From a bacterium (GTDB lineage: Bacteria; Patescibacteriota; Dojkabacteria; GCA-016699595; JBAXKR01), in contig JBAXRR010000003.1 of the NCBI GenBank assembly GCA_037131125.1, positions 3,682-67,681 on the forward strand: 64,000 bases of DNA. Reading direction: 5' to 3'. Shown here piece by piece: positions 42,391 through 51,763 of the stretch. The first letter of the stretch is position 1. Each line of letters starts with the position of its first letter. The notes below the pieces were generated by a model, which was not told the origin of the DNA, made no database searches, and saw only the letters and a program-made list of their open reading frames with translations. The translations under genes were made by a program, and so were the position numbers.

Positions 42391-43215
42391 CTATCTAGTT
42401 ATGCTAAGTATGAAAAATAGTATTCCAGCTATTATTCTGTATAGAGAAAATACTTCGAGGGAGTGAGTTTTCACAAAATTAATTAGTATTCTTATTGCAA
42501 TTGTTCCAGAGATAAATGATGCCAAGAATCCACAAAATAGTGGAAAGTAAGCTGACATTGGAACTCCTTCTTTAAAGAATTCAAAAAGTCCCAAAATACT
42601 TGAGCCTATTAATGCTGGCATTCCAATAAGGAAAGACATGTTTACAGCTTCTTCTCTTGTGTAACCTAATATTATTCCTGTTGAAATTGTGACACCAGAT
42701 CTTGATGTTCCTCTTACTAATGCAAACATTTGTGAAACTCCAATAACAATAATATCTTTAATACTTAACTTGCTTCTTGTTTTCTGCTTCTTTCCTACTC
42801 TTTCAGCAATTATCATATATACTCCAACTACTACCATCATTATAGAGACAAGAGCAATAGATTGTGACTTAGCTTCCAAAATAGATTTGAATAATACTGC
42901 AGCTATTACTACTGGAATAGATCCAAGTATTACTAAAGTTGCTCTTTTTGAAAATGTGAATTTCCCGAATTTGAAATATGATTCAGCTGTTAATAATTCT
43001 GGGTGAAGTACTTCTTTAATTATTTTAATAATTTCATGTCTTGTGAAAAAGATTAGGGCAATAAGAGTTCCTATATCCATAACTAATTCCTCTGGAAGGG
43101 AAAGTTTGTATTTCATTATATACTCAAATATTGCAATATGACCTGATGAAGATACAGGAAGGAATTCTGTAAGACCTTGTACAATACCCAGAATGATAGA
43201 ATTGATTATACTCAT
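42391..43215 (-). CDS. uppP: Undecaprenyl-diphosphate phosphatase
   Basis: GIVQGLTEFLPVSSSGH, GTSRSGVTI. Confidence 0.95.
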   Translation of the reverse strand: MSIINSIILGIVQGLTEFLPVSSSGHIAIFEYIMKYKLSLPEELVMDIGTLIALIFFTRHEIIKIIKEVLHPELLTAESYFKFGKFTFSKRATLVILGSIPVVIAAVLFKSILEAKSQSIALVSIMMVVVGVYMIIAERVGKKQKTRSKLSIKDIIVIGVSQMFALVRGTSRSGVTISTGIILGYTREEAVNMSFLIGMPALIGSSILGLFEFFKEGVPMSAYFPLFCGFLASFISGTIAIRILINFVKTHSLEVFSLYRIIAGILFFILSITR

Positions 43216-43227
43216 GATTTTATATGA

Positions 43228-45291
43228 TTATTTATTATGTAACATTATATAGACTTTTTGGCACTTTTGTATAAGTTCTCGATCTACAATACTAGCTAAC
43301 TTAAACTTAGGTATACCAGATTGCATCGTACCATATACCTCTCCTGGACCTCTAAGTTTTAGATCAAATTCAGAAAGTTCAAAACCATCTGTATGTGTTG
43401 AGAAGTATTTTAGTCTTTCAAGAGATTTCTCACTTAAACCTTTCTCCTCACCTTCTAAAACTATCTGACCATTAATGTTATTAACTTCAGAGTTTTCTTT
43501 TGAATTTTCAGAACTTGGGAAAAGTAAACAGAATGATTGCTTATCTCCTCTTCCTACTCTTCCCCTTAATTGATGAAGTTGTGCAAGACCAAATCTTTCT
43601 GCTGACTCTATAACCATAACTGTTGCATTTGGATTATCTATCCCAACTTCAATAACTTGTGTTGTAACAAGAATATCTACACTTCCCTTCTTGAAGTTAT
43701 CTAGGATATTATTCTTCTCTACTTCTTTTAACTTTCCATGTACTAATTCAACCTTAGCTTTATTAAATATTTTCTTTATTCTTTCATACTCTTCTTTTAC
43801 ATTCTTAAGTTTGTTATCTTCATTTTGTTCAATTAAAGGACAGACAATATATATTTGTTCTTTCTTTTTAAGTCTCTCTTTAATCCAGTCATACCCTTCT
43901 TTTCTCTTCTCCTCAGGAACAATATATGTCCTTATGCTTTTCCTATTCGTAGGTTTTGTTTTAATAATTGAAACAGTTAAATCTGAGAAGAATGTTTCTG
44001 CAACAGTTCTAGGAATTGGAGTGGCTGACATCATTAGAAGATGGGGTTTAAGTCCTTTCATTTCTTTAAATATCTGCTCTCTTTGCTCTACCCCAAATTT
44101 ATGTTGTTCATCTACTATGACAAGTCCAACATTACTTAAGATCTTAGGGTCTTTGTAAAGAATAGAGTGTGTGGTTATATATATCTTCGGTTTACATTTT
44201 TCATCCTTTTCTAAAACTCTATTAATTTCTTTTTTAAGTGATTTCTTTTTAACAATTTTTTCTTTTGTTCCACCAAGCATGAGTACCACTTCGTAATTAG
44301 ATCTTGAAAGCATTTCGTCTATTGTTTTTTTATGTTGAGATGCTAGGACTGTCGTAGGACAAAGAAGTACTACATCAAATCCATTCCCAAGTACAACGTT
44401 TGCTGCAATTACAGATACCGCTGTCTTTCCACTTCCTACATCTCCCATAAGTAATCTATCCATTGGAATATCTTTTGAAATGTCTTCGAGTATTTCACTC
44501 ACTGAACTTTTTTGATCCTTAGTTAATTCAAAATCAAGTTTCATTTTAGATGCCTTAATGATAGACATAGCATGCGCTTTATATTTCACTGCATTTTCTT
44601 TCTTCTTTTGAATCTTTTCAACTACTTCATACATTTCATCAAAAGCAAGTCTGGATATTGATCTTTCTAAATCAGGAAAATCTTTTGGGAAATGAATGTT
44701 TTGAATTGAGTATAAAAATGGAGAAAGGTTAAATTCCTTTAATACATTATCAGGTAAATCTTTAAATCCTGAAAATATTTGATTAACATTATGACTTACG
44801 AGTCTCTGCCTCGCTCTAATCCATTTTTGTGTTATTCCTCTTGTGGAGGGATATACAGGAACAATGTGGCCTAATGTTTGTGGTGATGTGTAACTTTCTA
44901 ATTCAACTGGACTGAAGTTATATGTTTTAAGAAATTTAAGTTTCCCGTACATAAGGTAAGTATCTCCTTCCTTAAGTTGAGTAATAATATATTCCTGATT
45001 AAACCAAAGTATTTGAGCAGACATACTTTCATCTGAGATTTTTGTAATTACAAGCTTCTTGTAACCTTTAAGTTTCTTAACGAAGTGAAAATCTATCCTG
45101 ACCTTAACAGTATGGTACTCTCCATCTAAACATTCCTTTAATGTAGATATCTTTCTTGTGTCTATATATCTTCTTGGAAAGTGGAAAATTAAATCCTTGA
45201 TAGTCAATATACCAAGTCTTTCTAGTACTTCAGAGTACTTTGGACCAACAGATGGAAGGAATCTAACTGGATCATTTAATGAAAACCCCAT
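43228..45291 (-). CDS. recG: ATP-dependent DNA helicase RecG
   Basis: RLAFDE, GDVGSGKT, DEQHKFGV, MSATPIPRT, ERFGLAQLHQLRGRVGRG, DLKLRGPGE. Confidence 0.96.
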   Translation of the reverse strand: MGFSLNDPVRFLPSVGPKYSEVLERLGILTIKDLIFHFPRRYIDTRKISTLKECLDGEYHTVKVRIDFHFVKKLKGYKKLVITKISDESMSAQILWFNQEYIITQLKEGDTYLMYGKLKFLKTYNFSPVELESYTSPQTLGHIVPVYPSTRGITQKWIRARQRLVSHNVNQIFSGFKDLPDNVLKEFNLSPFLYSIQNIHFPKDFPDLERSISRLAFDEMYEVVEKIQKKKENAVKYKAHAMSIIKASKMKLDFELTKDQKSSVSEILEDISKDIPMDRLLMGDVGSGKTAVSVIAANVVLGNGFDVVLLCPTTVLASQHKKTIDEMLSRSNYEVVLMLGGTKEKIVKKKSLKKEINRVLEKDEKCKPKIYITTHSILYKDPKILSNVGLVIVDEQHKFGVEQREQIFKEMKGLKPHLLMMSATPIPRTVAETFFSDLTVSIIKTKPTNRKSIRTYIVPEEKRKEGYDWIKERLKKKEQIYIVCPLIEQNEDNKLKNVKEEYERIKKIFNKAKVELVHGKLKEVEKNNILDNFKKGSVDILVTTQVIEVGIDNPNATVMVIESAERFGLAQLHQLRGRVGRGDKQSFCLLFPSSENSKENSEVNNINGQIVLEGEEKGLSEKSLERLKYFSTHTDGFELSEFDLKLRGPGEVYGTMQSGIPKFKLASIVDRELIQKCQKVYIMLHNK

Positions 45292-45410
45292 TATTTAGTT
45301 ATTATAAATGGTAGTACGGATGCAGCTATTGGAAAGAATACTAATCCAAATATTGCTGCAATTGCAAGAACCCAAATCAAGATTTTTCTGAGTAATTTTT
45401 TGTTATTCAT
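45291..45410 (-). CDS. Small single-TM protein (39 aa), not in the ORF track
   Basis: MNNKKLLRKILIWVLAIAAIFGLVFFPIAASVLPFIITK*; stop overlaps the recG ATG (TAATG). Confidence 0.6.
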   Translation of the reverse strand: MNNKKLLRKILIWVLAIAAIFGLVFFPIAASVLPFIITK

Positions 45411-45415
45411 TATTA

Positions 45416-46534
45416 TTATCTGCTAACTTTATTCTTCACCATTTCAGATAACTCTTTTATCTTTGGATTGTCAAGATATTTAGTAGCAGGTGCAAGAATA
45501 TTAATTAAAGATCTTGCTACAGCATCCTTAAGATCCATAGGATGTAGTTTCTTTTCAACGAAGTCTTTTTCTAGTTCTTCATATGTTGTATATGTCTTAT
45601 CTCCACCCCACTCTGTTTTTCTTTTTATCTCTATAGTCTTAGTTCCAAGTTTAAAACAAACATGTTTAGACCAGTCAAGAACTGGATTAAGCTTAACTTG
45701 TCCTTCTGGACAGAATGCTTTCATAATCTTTTCTTTAATTAATTCTGGAGAATCACTTAAGAATACTGCACTCATAGGTTTACTTTTGCTCATCTTTGCC
45801 TCAGCTAGATCTTCTCTAGTAAGTTCACCTTTAGCTTGTACTTCTTTAGATGGTGGAGTTAGTCCTCCAAGTAAGTGATGATGGATTGCAATTGGAGAAA
45901 TTCTTTCATCTCCTGCCATCATGGGTTTAATTTTTACTGACTTAGCTACATCAAGAGCTATTACGTGAGCTTTTCTTTGATCCATTCCTGCATGCATTAT
46001 TTGTGTTTGCATGTAGTAAATATCTGCAACTTGCATTGCAGGGTAGATTAGTTTTGCAAAGTCAGTACTTTCTCCTTCTTTTCTTCCCATAATATCTATA
46101 CTTCTTTCAATTCGAGCAAGGGAAGTGTTCTTGGCAATATCTATTACACATGCCCAGTAATCTGATGAATCCACAATATCTGATGCCTTTACAAACTCTA
46201 TTTCATCATATTTAGCACCAACCATTAATGCAGATGCTTTGAATAGCTCTTTGAATAGAGGTATTCCTACTTCATCCATGAATTTAAGATCGCCACCTAA
46301 TTTGTCATTAATCCATGCGTGCCAATCTGCTAAAAATATTGTGCAGTGAACTCCAAGATCTTGAAGTTCTTTTATTACAAGCATTGCACTTACAGCGTGT
46401 CCTATATGGAGATTACCTGAAATTTCAAGACCTATATAGTGCTTGAGAGGGACTTTCTTATCTAAAAGTCTTACTAAAGTATCTTCTCCAATGATTTCTT
46501 CCGTAACGCTTTTTAGTTTTGTTATGTCTGTCAT
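45416..46534 (-). CDS. tyrS: Tyrosine--tRNA ligase, archaeal/eukaryal type
   Basis: YIGLEISGNLHIGH, FLADWHA, IYPAMQVAD, GMDQRK, KMSKS, KAFCPEG, LHPMDLK; no S4-like C-terminal domain. Confidence 0.93.
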   Translation of the reverse strand: MTDITKLKSVTEEIIGEDTLVRLLDKKVPLKHYIGLEISGNLHIGHAVSAMLVIKELQDLGVHCTIFLADWHAWINDKLGGDLKFMDEVGIPLFKELFKASALMVGAKYDEIEFVKASDIVDSSDYWACVIDIAKNTSLARIERSIDIMGRKEGESTDFAKLIYPAMQVADIYYMQTQIMHAGMDQRKAHVIALDVAKSVKIKPMMAGDERISPIAIHHHLLGGLTPPSKEVQAKGELTREDLAEAKMSKSKPMSAVFLSDSPELIKEKIMKAFCPEGQVKLNPVLDWSKHVCFKLGTKTIEIKRKTEWGGDKTYTTYEELEKDFVEKKLHPMDLKDAVARSLINILAPATKYLDNPKIKELSEMVKNKVSR

Positions 46535-46599
46535 GCTTGTATTTTAGCAGATTAGAAAAATAAAATGGAAAGAGAAATAATATTAATTATTTTTCCTCT

Positions 46600-46845
46600 T
46601 TATATTGTTGTTTCACTTTCTTTCTGAGAGTTATCATTACTTGCCTGCACAGTTTTTAGTTGTATATTTTGAGATCCAACCATAACTGGAACTGGTTTTA
46701 ATAATACAGATGAAATTTTTTTATGAAAACGAACTGTAACTGGTGCTTCTCCTTCCACATAGAGAATCCCTTTTACACCTTTGGGTAAAGTTGTATCTTC
46801 GTGTACAAATGCACTTTCTGGGTTTGCATGAATTGTGTCTGGCAT
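46600..46845 (-). CDS. Small hypothetical protein
   Basis: 81-aa ORF bounded by AT-rich spacers. Confidence 0.55.
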   Translation of the reverse strand: MPDTIHANPESAFVHEDTTLPKGVKGILYVEGEAPVTVRFHKKISSVLLKPVPVMVGSQNIQLKTVQASNDNSQKESETTI

Positions 46846-46882
46846 ATTAATAAAAATAATAAATTATATATAAAAATTTGTA

Positions 46883-47089
46883 TTACATATTGTATTCAGC
46901 TCTTTGTGAATGTACGTTATCTACTCTTGCATCAATAGGGAGTTGCTTGCCTCTCTCATTTACTATAACTATGCTAGTGACTCGGTTAAGAGCATCTCTT
47001 AATTCGCTATTTGCTTCCAATGCTCCTGGTAACCTTAATTCGTCACCAACTAACATCTCGTTGCTTTGTTCTCCTACTACTGTTGCCAT
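46883..47089 (-). CDS. Small hypothetical protein
   Basis: 68-aa ORF downstream of the attenuator-like leader. Confidence 0.55.
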   Translation of the reverse strand: MATVVGEQSNEMLVGDELRLPGALEANSELRDALNRVTSIVIVNERGKQLPIDARVDNVHSQRAEYNM

Positions 47090-47122
47090 GATGTATAAAA
47101 TAAAAAATAAATATAAAAATAG

Positions 47123-47151
47123 AAAATAAAAAATCCCACTTGTGTGGGATT
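47123..47151 (-). terminator. Intrinsic terminator / attenuator hairpin
   Basis: Minus strand AATCCCAC-acaa-GTGGGATT followed by TTTTATTTT. Confidence 0.8.
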
Positions 47152-47193
47152 CTTATTTTCTTACTAATTTCTTAGTACAAACAAAAATCCCGC

Positions 47194-47247
47194 CTATGGG
47201 ATGACTAGTCGAATAAAATAAATTTTGTTTGTTCTTTGAGTTTTCAC
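47194..47247 (-). CDS. Putative leader peptide (17 aa, GTG start)
   Basis: MKTQRTNKIYFIRLVIP*; starts 6 nt after TATAAT; stop codon lies in a hairpin loop. Confidence 0.45.
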   Translation of the reverse strand: MKTQRTNKIYFIRLVIP

Positions 47248-47253
47248 GAGATG

Positions 47254-47281
47254 ATTATAATACTCTTGGGATGATTGTCAA
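47254..47281 (-). promoter_or_regulatory. Consensus sigma70-type promoter
   Basis: Minus strand TTGACA-N16-TATAAT. Confidence 0.7.
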
Positions 47282-47295
47282 TATATTTAAACATT

Positions 47296-47369
47296 TCCGC
47301 AGGGAAGGATTCGAACCTTCGAATACTGGATTTACAGTCCAGGGTCTTAAACCACTTGACGACCTGCGG
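47296..47369 (-). tRNA. tRNA-Tyr(GTA), C1-G72, short variable loop, CCA not encoded
   Basis: CCGCAGG acceptor stem, D arm GTC..GAC, CTGGA-CTGTAAA-TCCAG, 5-nt variable loop, GAAGG-TTCGAAT-CCTTC, discriminator A. Confidence 0.95.
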
Positions 47370-47439
47370 ATAGGTATATTAAGTAGTCCTAATTCTAAAG
47401 GATTGCATACCCACTAGTCAAAGGAAAAGCCCAATATTC

Positions 47440-48450
47440 TTAATCTCTTGAGCTAACTGCACTTGATGCTCTTGATGAGGTGCTTAGTCTGGATTCAGTG
47501 TTATCACTGGATTCACTACTAGTTCTTTTATCTATTAATGCACCTATTTGTTTTAAGTATGATTTGATTTTAGCAATGCTTTGTTTTGCTTTAGCAAGAT
47601 CGTCTCTTCCTAAGTTTCCTTCATCTTTTGCAGGTTTTGTGTCCTTTGCAGCAACCATAGCATTAAACTTTGTTTCTGCATCTGTTACATAAGTTTTTGC
47701 AGTATTCAATTCTGTTTTAGAATTTGTAAGGTATTCGTTTATTGAAGTATAGTTAGGAATTGTATCTTGGTTTTCCTGTATTGTTGCATCTACTCTTGTA
47801 AGTGTTGTTTCTAATTTCCCAAGGAGGAATTCAAGCCTGTATGAAGCCAATAGACCATATATCTTAGGTCCAAACGTTGCATATATTCTATGCCCCTCAT
47901 AAACGTTTCTTACTTCTGCTTTTAGGTCATCTAGATTTGTTAATCCTTGAATTTTAGCTTTCTCAGTTTGAAGATCTGAAATCTGTTCACTTATTAGATT
48001 GATAAGCTTTGTCTTATTTGCACTTGAGATGTTTGTCTCACTTGTAACCTTTGAGGTAAGTCTATTGGATAAGAAGCTGATTCTTTCATCTATTATTTTA
48101 GTTCCTAGTTCAATAAGCTTAGCTACTTTGTCTGCTGTTTTTGCAGCTTTGTAGGAAGTAAGAGCTGAGTTCGCATCCTTAAGAGTCTCTTCTACACTTT
48201 TAACGCTAGTTTCTTTTGAAGTTGTAGTAAGACTTCTTGAGGTTTCACTGGCTCTACTTTCTGAAGTTCTTGTAGCACTTATAGGTCTAATAGAAGTAGT
48301 TTTAGATGAACTTGATGATGACCTACTAGATTCAGATGCTCTGGAACTACTAGTAGAACTAATAGCGTTAACAGATGTAAGTAGAACACTTGATCCAAGT
48401 GTAAAGTACATTATTAAGGAGATTATGAAGATATTTTTAATAGTTTTCAT
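47440..48450 (-). CDS. Secreted Ser-rich coiled-coil protein
   Basis: Signal peptide, Ser/Thr/Arg low-complexity ends, helical core. Confidence 0.75.
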   Translation of the reverse strand: MKTIKNIFIISLIMYFTLGSSVLLTSVNAISSTSSSRASESSRSSSSSSKTTSIRPISATRTSESRASETSRSLTTTSKETSVKSVEETLKDANSALTSYKAAKTADKVAKLIELGTKIIDERISFLSNRLTSKVTSETNISSANKTKLINLISEQISDLQTEKAKIQGLTNLDDLKAEVRNVYEGHRIYATFGPKIYGLLASYRLEFLLGKLETTLTRVDATIQENQDTIPNYTSINEYLTNSKTELNTAKTYVTDAETKFNAMVAAKDTKPAKDEGNLGRDDLAKAKQSIAKIKSYLKQIGALIDKRTSSESSDNTESRLSTSSRASSAVSSRD

Positions 48451-48473
48451 TTTATTATCTTAATAATTAATAT

Positions 48474-48791
48474 TTAAAGTGCAGGTGCAGTATCTCTTGC
48501 TGTATCTATACTGTCTGCTTCTTTTAATGTTGCATCTATTTGATTAATTATTGTATCTGTTTCTCCTTGTACGCTATTAAGTCCACTTTGGTTAATTGAT
48601 TCTACAGAAGAACTAGCAGAACTGTCCGATGATGTAGTAAGACTTCCTATTGAAGTTGCTTTACTTGTTGTGCTTGCACTTGTAGATTTCTGATTAAGAA
48701 AGTAGAGTCCTGCAACTATTAGGACAATTAAAACTACTATGATTACTGCCAATATTACCAATATATTAGCTTCTTTTTTTTCACCTTCCAT
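48474..48791 (-). CDS. Small membrane-anchored Ser/Thr-rich protein
   Basis: Single N-terminal TM plus low-complexity linker. Confidence 0.7.
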   Translation of the reverse strand: MEGEKKEANILVILAVIIVVLIVLIVAGLYFLNQKSTSASTTSKATSIGSLTTSSDSSASSSVESINQSGLNSVQGETDTIINQIDATLKEADSIDTARDTAPAL

Positions 48792-48824
48792 TATATGAGC
48801 AGTAATATTTAATTTAAGTAGCTT

Positions 48825-49232
48825 CTATACTATTGTATTTTTTTTCTCTAGTAAAGCCCTTATTTCTTTTGTTTCTTTCTTCAACTCTTCCACTTCTTTA
48901 AAGATCTTGGATACATATTCTTCAGATTTCATATCTGCTTCGTAGTCTGCGTCGTCTCTTATTCTATCTCTCTCCTCTTCTCTGTTCTGGCTCATTAGTA
49001 TAAATGGCATTGTTAGAACACTTATGAATGCGAGCATAAGGTTAAGGAATACAAATGGATATGGATCAACTTTAAAATCTACTTGGTAGGTATTGATAAA
49101 TATCCAAAAGATAATTAGACAAGATTCAGCTATGATGAACTTCCAACTACCTACAAACTGTGTTGCTGTATCTGAAATCTTATCTAGTGTCGACCTATTG
49201 TCGTTCATTTGTTTTAATGTTTTTCTGGACAT
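48825..49232 (-). CDS. DUF1003-like membrane protein
   Basis: FVGSWKFI, DPYPFVFLNL, PFILMSQNR. Confidence 0.85.
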   Translation of the reverse strand: MSRKTLKQMNDNRSTLDKISDTATQFVGSWKFIIAESCLIIFWIFINTYQVDFKVDPYPFVFLNLMLAFISVLTMPFILMSQNREEERDRIRDDADYEADMKSEEYVSKIFKEVEELKKETKEIRALLEKKNTIV

Positions 49233-49292
49233 ACGTAATGAGGTTATTTAAACAAGTTTAGTATATATGAAATGAAAATTAAGGTACAGGGT

Positions 49293-50108
49293 CTATATTT
49301 CTTCTAATCTGTGTGTACCTGTGATTTGAATTATGGAGTTAGTCTTTCTTCTTTTAAGATAGTTACCTTTTGTAAGCATAGTAAGTCTATCTGAGTCTAT
49401 TGGTAAAGGGAGAATATTTCCAATTAAAGCAATTGCTTTTGAAAGAAATGTTGGAATGTTAATGAGTAAAGCTTTTGTTTTCTTACTTTTCTTTATTGCT
49501 TTGATCATCTCTTTGTACATATATGTTTTAGGTCCTGCAATCTCGATTATTCTATTTGCGTATCTAGAACTTCCTATGACATTTGTGACTAAACTAGTTA
49601 GATCGTCAATATGTAAAGGTTGAATTAAATACTTTCCTCCACTAAAAATTGGAAGTATATGGAGTGTTTTCATAATCTTTAAAAAGAAACTTAGAGATTT
49701 ATCTCCTTTTCCAAACAACATACAAGGTCGGATTATTGTATATGGAATACCAGATGATTTTATTATTTCTTCAGCTTTTTCTTTGGATTTATAATATTCA
49801 GTTTGTATATTCTCTCCAACTCCAAGAGCACTTATTTGTACAAAGAGTTTTAAGTTATTCTTTTTTCCTGCTTCAAGAAGTTTATTAACATATTCAACAT
49901 GTGCAGATTCAAAAGTGTTGGTTTTGGTTTCCTTAATTATTCCAACTGCATTAATAATACAATCTATTTTGTTTGTTTTAATTACTTCTGAAATTTCATC
50001 AACGTTTAAGTTTCTTTCTAAACTAACAACGGTATGTTTAGTTTTTTTAAATTCGCTTATTATATTTTTCCCAACATATCCATTGGAACCTGCAATACCT
50101 ATATTCAT
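49293..50108 (-). CDS. NAD(P)-binding epimerase/dehydratase (NDUFA9-like SDR)
   Basis: GSNGYVG, INAVGII, ISALG, YYKSK, IIRP, QPLHIDD. Confidence 0.88.
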   Translation of the reverse strand: MNIGIAGSNGYVGKNIISEFKKTKHTVVSLERNLNVDEISEVIKTNKIDCIINAVGIIKETKTNTFESAHVEYVNKLLEAGKKNNLKLFVQISALGVGENIQTEYYKSKEKAEEIIKSSGIPYTIIRPCMLFGKGDKSLSFFLKIMKTLHILPIFSGGKYLIQPLHIDDLTSLVTNVIGSSRYANRIIEIAGPKTYMYKEMIKAIKKSKKTKALLINIPTFLSKAIALIGNILPLPIDSDRLTMLTKGNYLKRRKTNSIIQITGTHRLEEI

Positions 50109-50159
50109 ATCTAGGATTATATCACTCTCAGTAGTTACAAAATACGGGTACAGAATTAA

Positions 50160-50187
50160 TTGACTATATAATACTTGGGGGTATAAT
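50160..50187 (+). promoter_or_regulatory. Leaderless-type promoter
   Basis: TTGACT-N16-TATAAT, then 7 nt to ATG 50195. Confidence 0.6.
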
Positions 50188-50194
50188 TTGGGGC

Positions 50195-50956
50195 ATGCAA
50201 AGTGAAACGGACAAATTTACCAAAGAAGACGCACTATCAGAAGTTTATAGCATTCTATCTGCAAGGCGAAATATCCCAACTGAAACTAATCCAACGCTTG
50301 AACCAGATGTCGCTTTTGAACCAAATGCACCCGAGTGGCTTACATATCTCGGACTTATGAAGGTAAAGATATTTAGAGAACAAGCCAAAACGGGTATAAA
50401 TATTGTTTGCCATGAAATTGGTCCACAAGTTTTGGATGAATATACTTGGTCAAACTACACTCTTTTAGAACTTAGTTGTGCTAAGTATTTAGCAATAGAG
50501 GAAAATGAATGGATTATAGGGGAAATAGAGAAGTACCGAAAAAGTTTAAAGAGTCCGTTAGCATTTTTAATAACATTCTTTGTTCGTAGAAAGCTAGCTG
50601 TTTATAAAGAAGAATTTTTTATGAATGTAAGAGCTTGGGAACTATTGGATGTAATTATTAATGATCAAAAATTAGAAGATAGAATATATAATTGTTGTGA
50701 TCAGTCTCAAATTGAAATTAATGAATTGGAAAGAAAAGTAAGAGAATCTGTTATAGACATGGGGAAGCTTTTAGCTGATGCAATAACAAGTGATTATTCT
50801 TTAGAGAGTAAAGGTCACTTTATCAATGAAAGCCTTACAAATTATAATGTAATACGAAGATATTTAGATGATGTTCTATCGGACGAGGAAGATGATCAAA
50901 ATGGAGATTTAGATAGTGATCCGACTAATGATGATCCAGATCCACTCCCACAATAA
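50195..50956 (+). CDS. Hypothetical protein with an acidic tail
   Basis: 253-aa ORF with a clear promoter. Confidence 0.7.
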   Translation: MQSETDKFTKEDALSEVYSILSARRNIPTETNPTLEPDVAFEPNAPEWLTYLGLMKVKIFREQAKTGINIVCHEIGPQVLDEYTWSNYTLLELSCAKYLAIEENEWIIGEIEKYRKSLKSPLAFLITFFVRRKLAVYKEEFFMNVRAWELLDVIINDQKLEDRIYNCCDQSQIEINELERKVRESVIDMGKLLADAITSDYSLESKGHFINESLTNYNVIRRYLDDVLSDEEDDQNGDLDSDPTNDDPDPLPQ

Positions 50957-51053
50957 GTTTAAATAAAAGTCTTTTTAAATTTTGGATTAATATATATAAT
51001 TTTCTTAATAGATATTAATTTTGTGTAATAAGCGACTTATAGTATAATTAGTA

Positions 51054-51518
51054 ATGCAAGCAGAGCTATGTTCAGAAAGAACAAATCATAGAAGTCCAGA
51101 AATGTCAGGTGTTGTTAATTGGGTGAGAACCAATATCTTATCTCCAATGCTTTCCCCATATTCAAGCGAGACATTTATGAAATCTTTTGATAAAGCTGCA
51201 AAAGATATTCTTTTCGATGAGATGTACAAATTGGAAGGAAGGTTCTTAAAAAGCAGAGAAAGATTTGGAAGTCGTAATTTGCAAGATTTTAGGCAAAGGG
51301 AATTGTATCTACTTCCAATAGCAAAACAAACGCTAAACGATGAATTATTTAAAACGCAAGAAATTAGAGCATTGTATGACATTCTAAATCTTAGAATACA
51401 TTTTCTACCATTAAAACTTCTAGTTCCAATATTTTTTCGGAGGTATAATGAAAAAATTGGGAAATTGAAAATAGCAATCTCCAAAGCAGAGGAAGAAATA
51501 AAAAGTATGGAGATATAA
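51054..51518 (+). CDS. Hypothetical protein
   Basis: 154-aa ORF; TATAAT 5 nt before the ATG. Confidence 0.65.
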   Translation: MQAELCSERTNHRSPEMSGVVNWVRTNILSPMLSPYSSETFMKSFDKAAKDILFDEMYKLEGRFLKSRERFGSRNLQDFRQRELYLLPIAKQTLNDELFKTQEIRALYDILNLRIHFLPLKLLVPIFFRRYNEKIGKLKIAISKAEEEIKSMEI

Positions 51519-51579
51519 CCCTCTTGCAATCTTTATATAGAAAATTCATAATTTAATATATATTTATAAAGAAAATCAG

Positions 51580-51762
51580 ATGGATATTATTAACATCATT
51601 ATTTACGTTGCTATAGCTATTTTCATATTCTGGCTTCTTCTTAAGGTTATTAAGATTACATTCAAAGTTGCCATATTTGTTGCTGTAGTTGTTTTTGTAG
51701 TTAATTTTCTTCTACAGTTTGACCTCATTGGATTCATTACTAAACTTATTAGTGGAAAGTAG
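51580..51762 (+). CDS. Small hydrophobic membrane protein
   Basis: 60 aa with two TM segments. Confidence 0.65.
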   Translation: MDIINIIIYVAIAIFIFWLLLKVIKITFKVAIFVAVVVFVVNFLLQFDLIGFITKLISGK

Positions 51763-51763
51763 T

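Noticed and set aside
43228-45291. recG and ruvB as dedicated pilin-variation factors, as required in Neisseria
   Set aside because: Both are general housekeeping genes; proximity in a small genome is not evidence.
46535-47250. T-box riboswitch for tyrS
   Set aside because: No T-box consensus (GGTGGNACCGCG) or Stem I seen.
47229-47417. 62-aa plus-strand ORF
   Set aside because: It is antisense to tRNA-Tyr and its downstream promoter; spurious.
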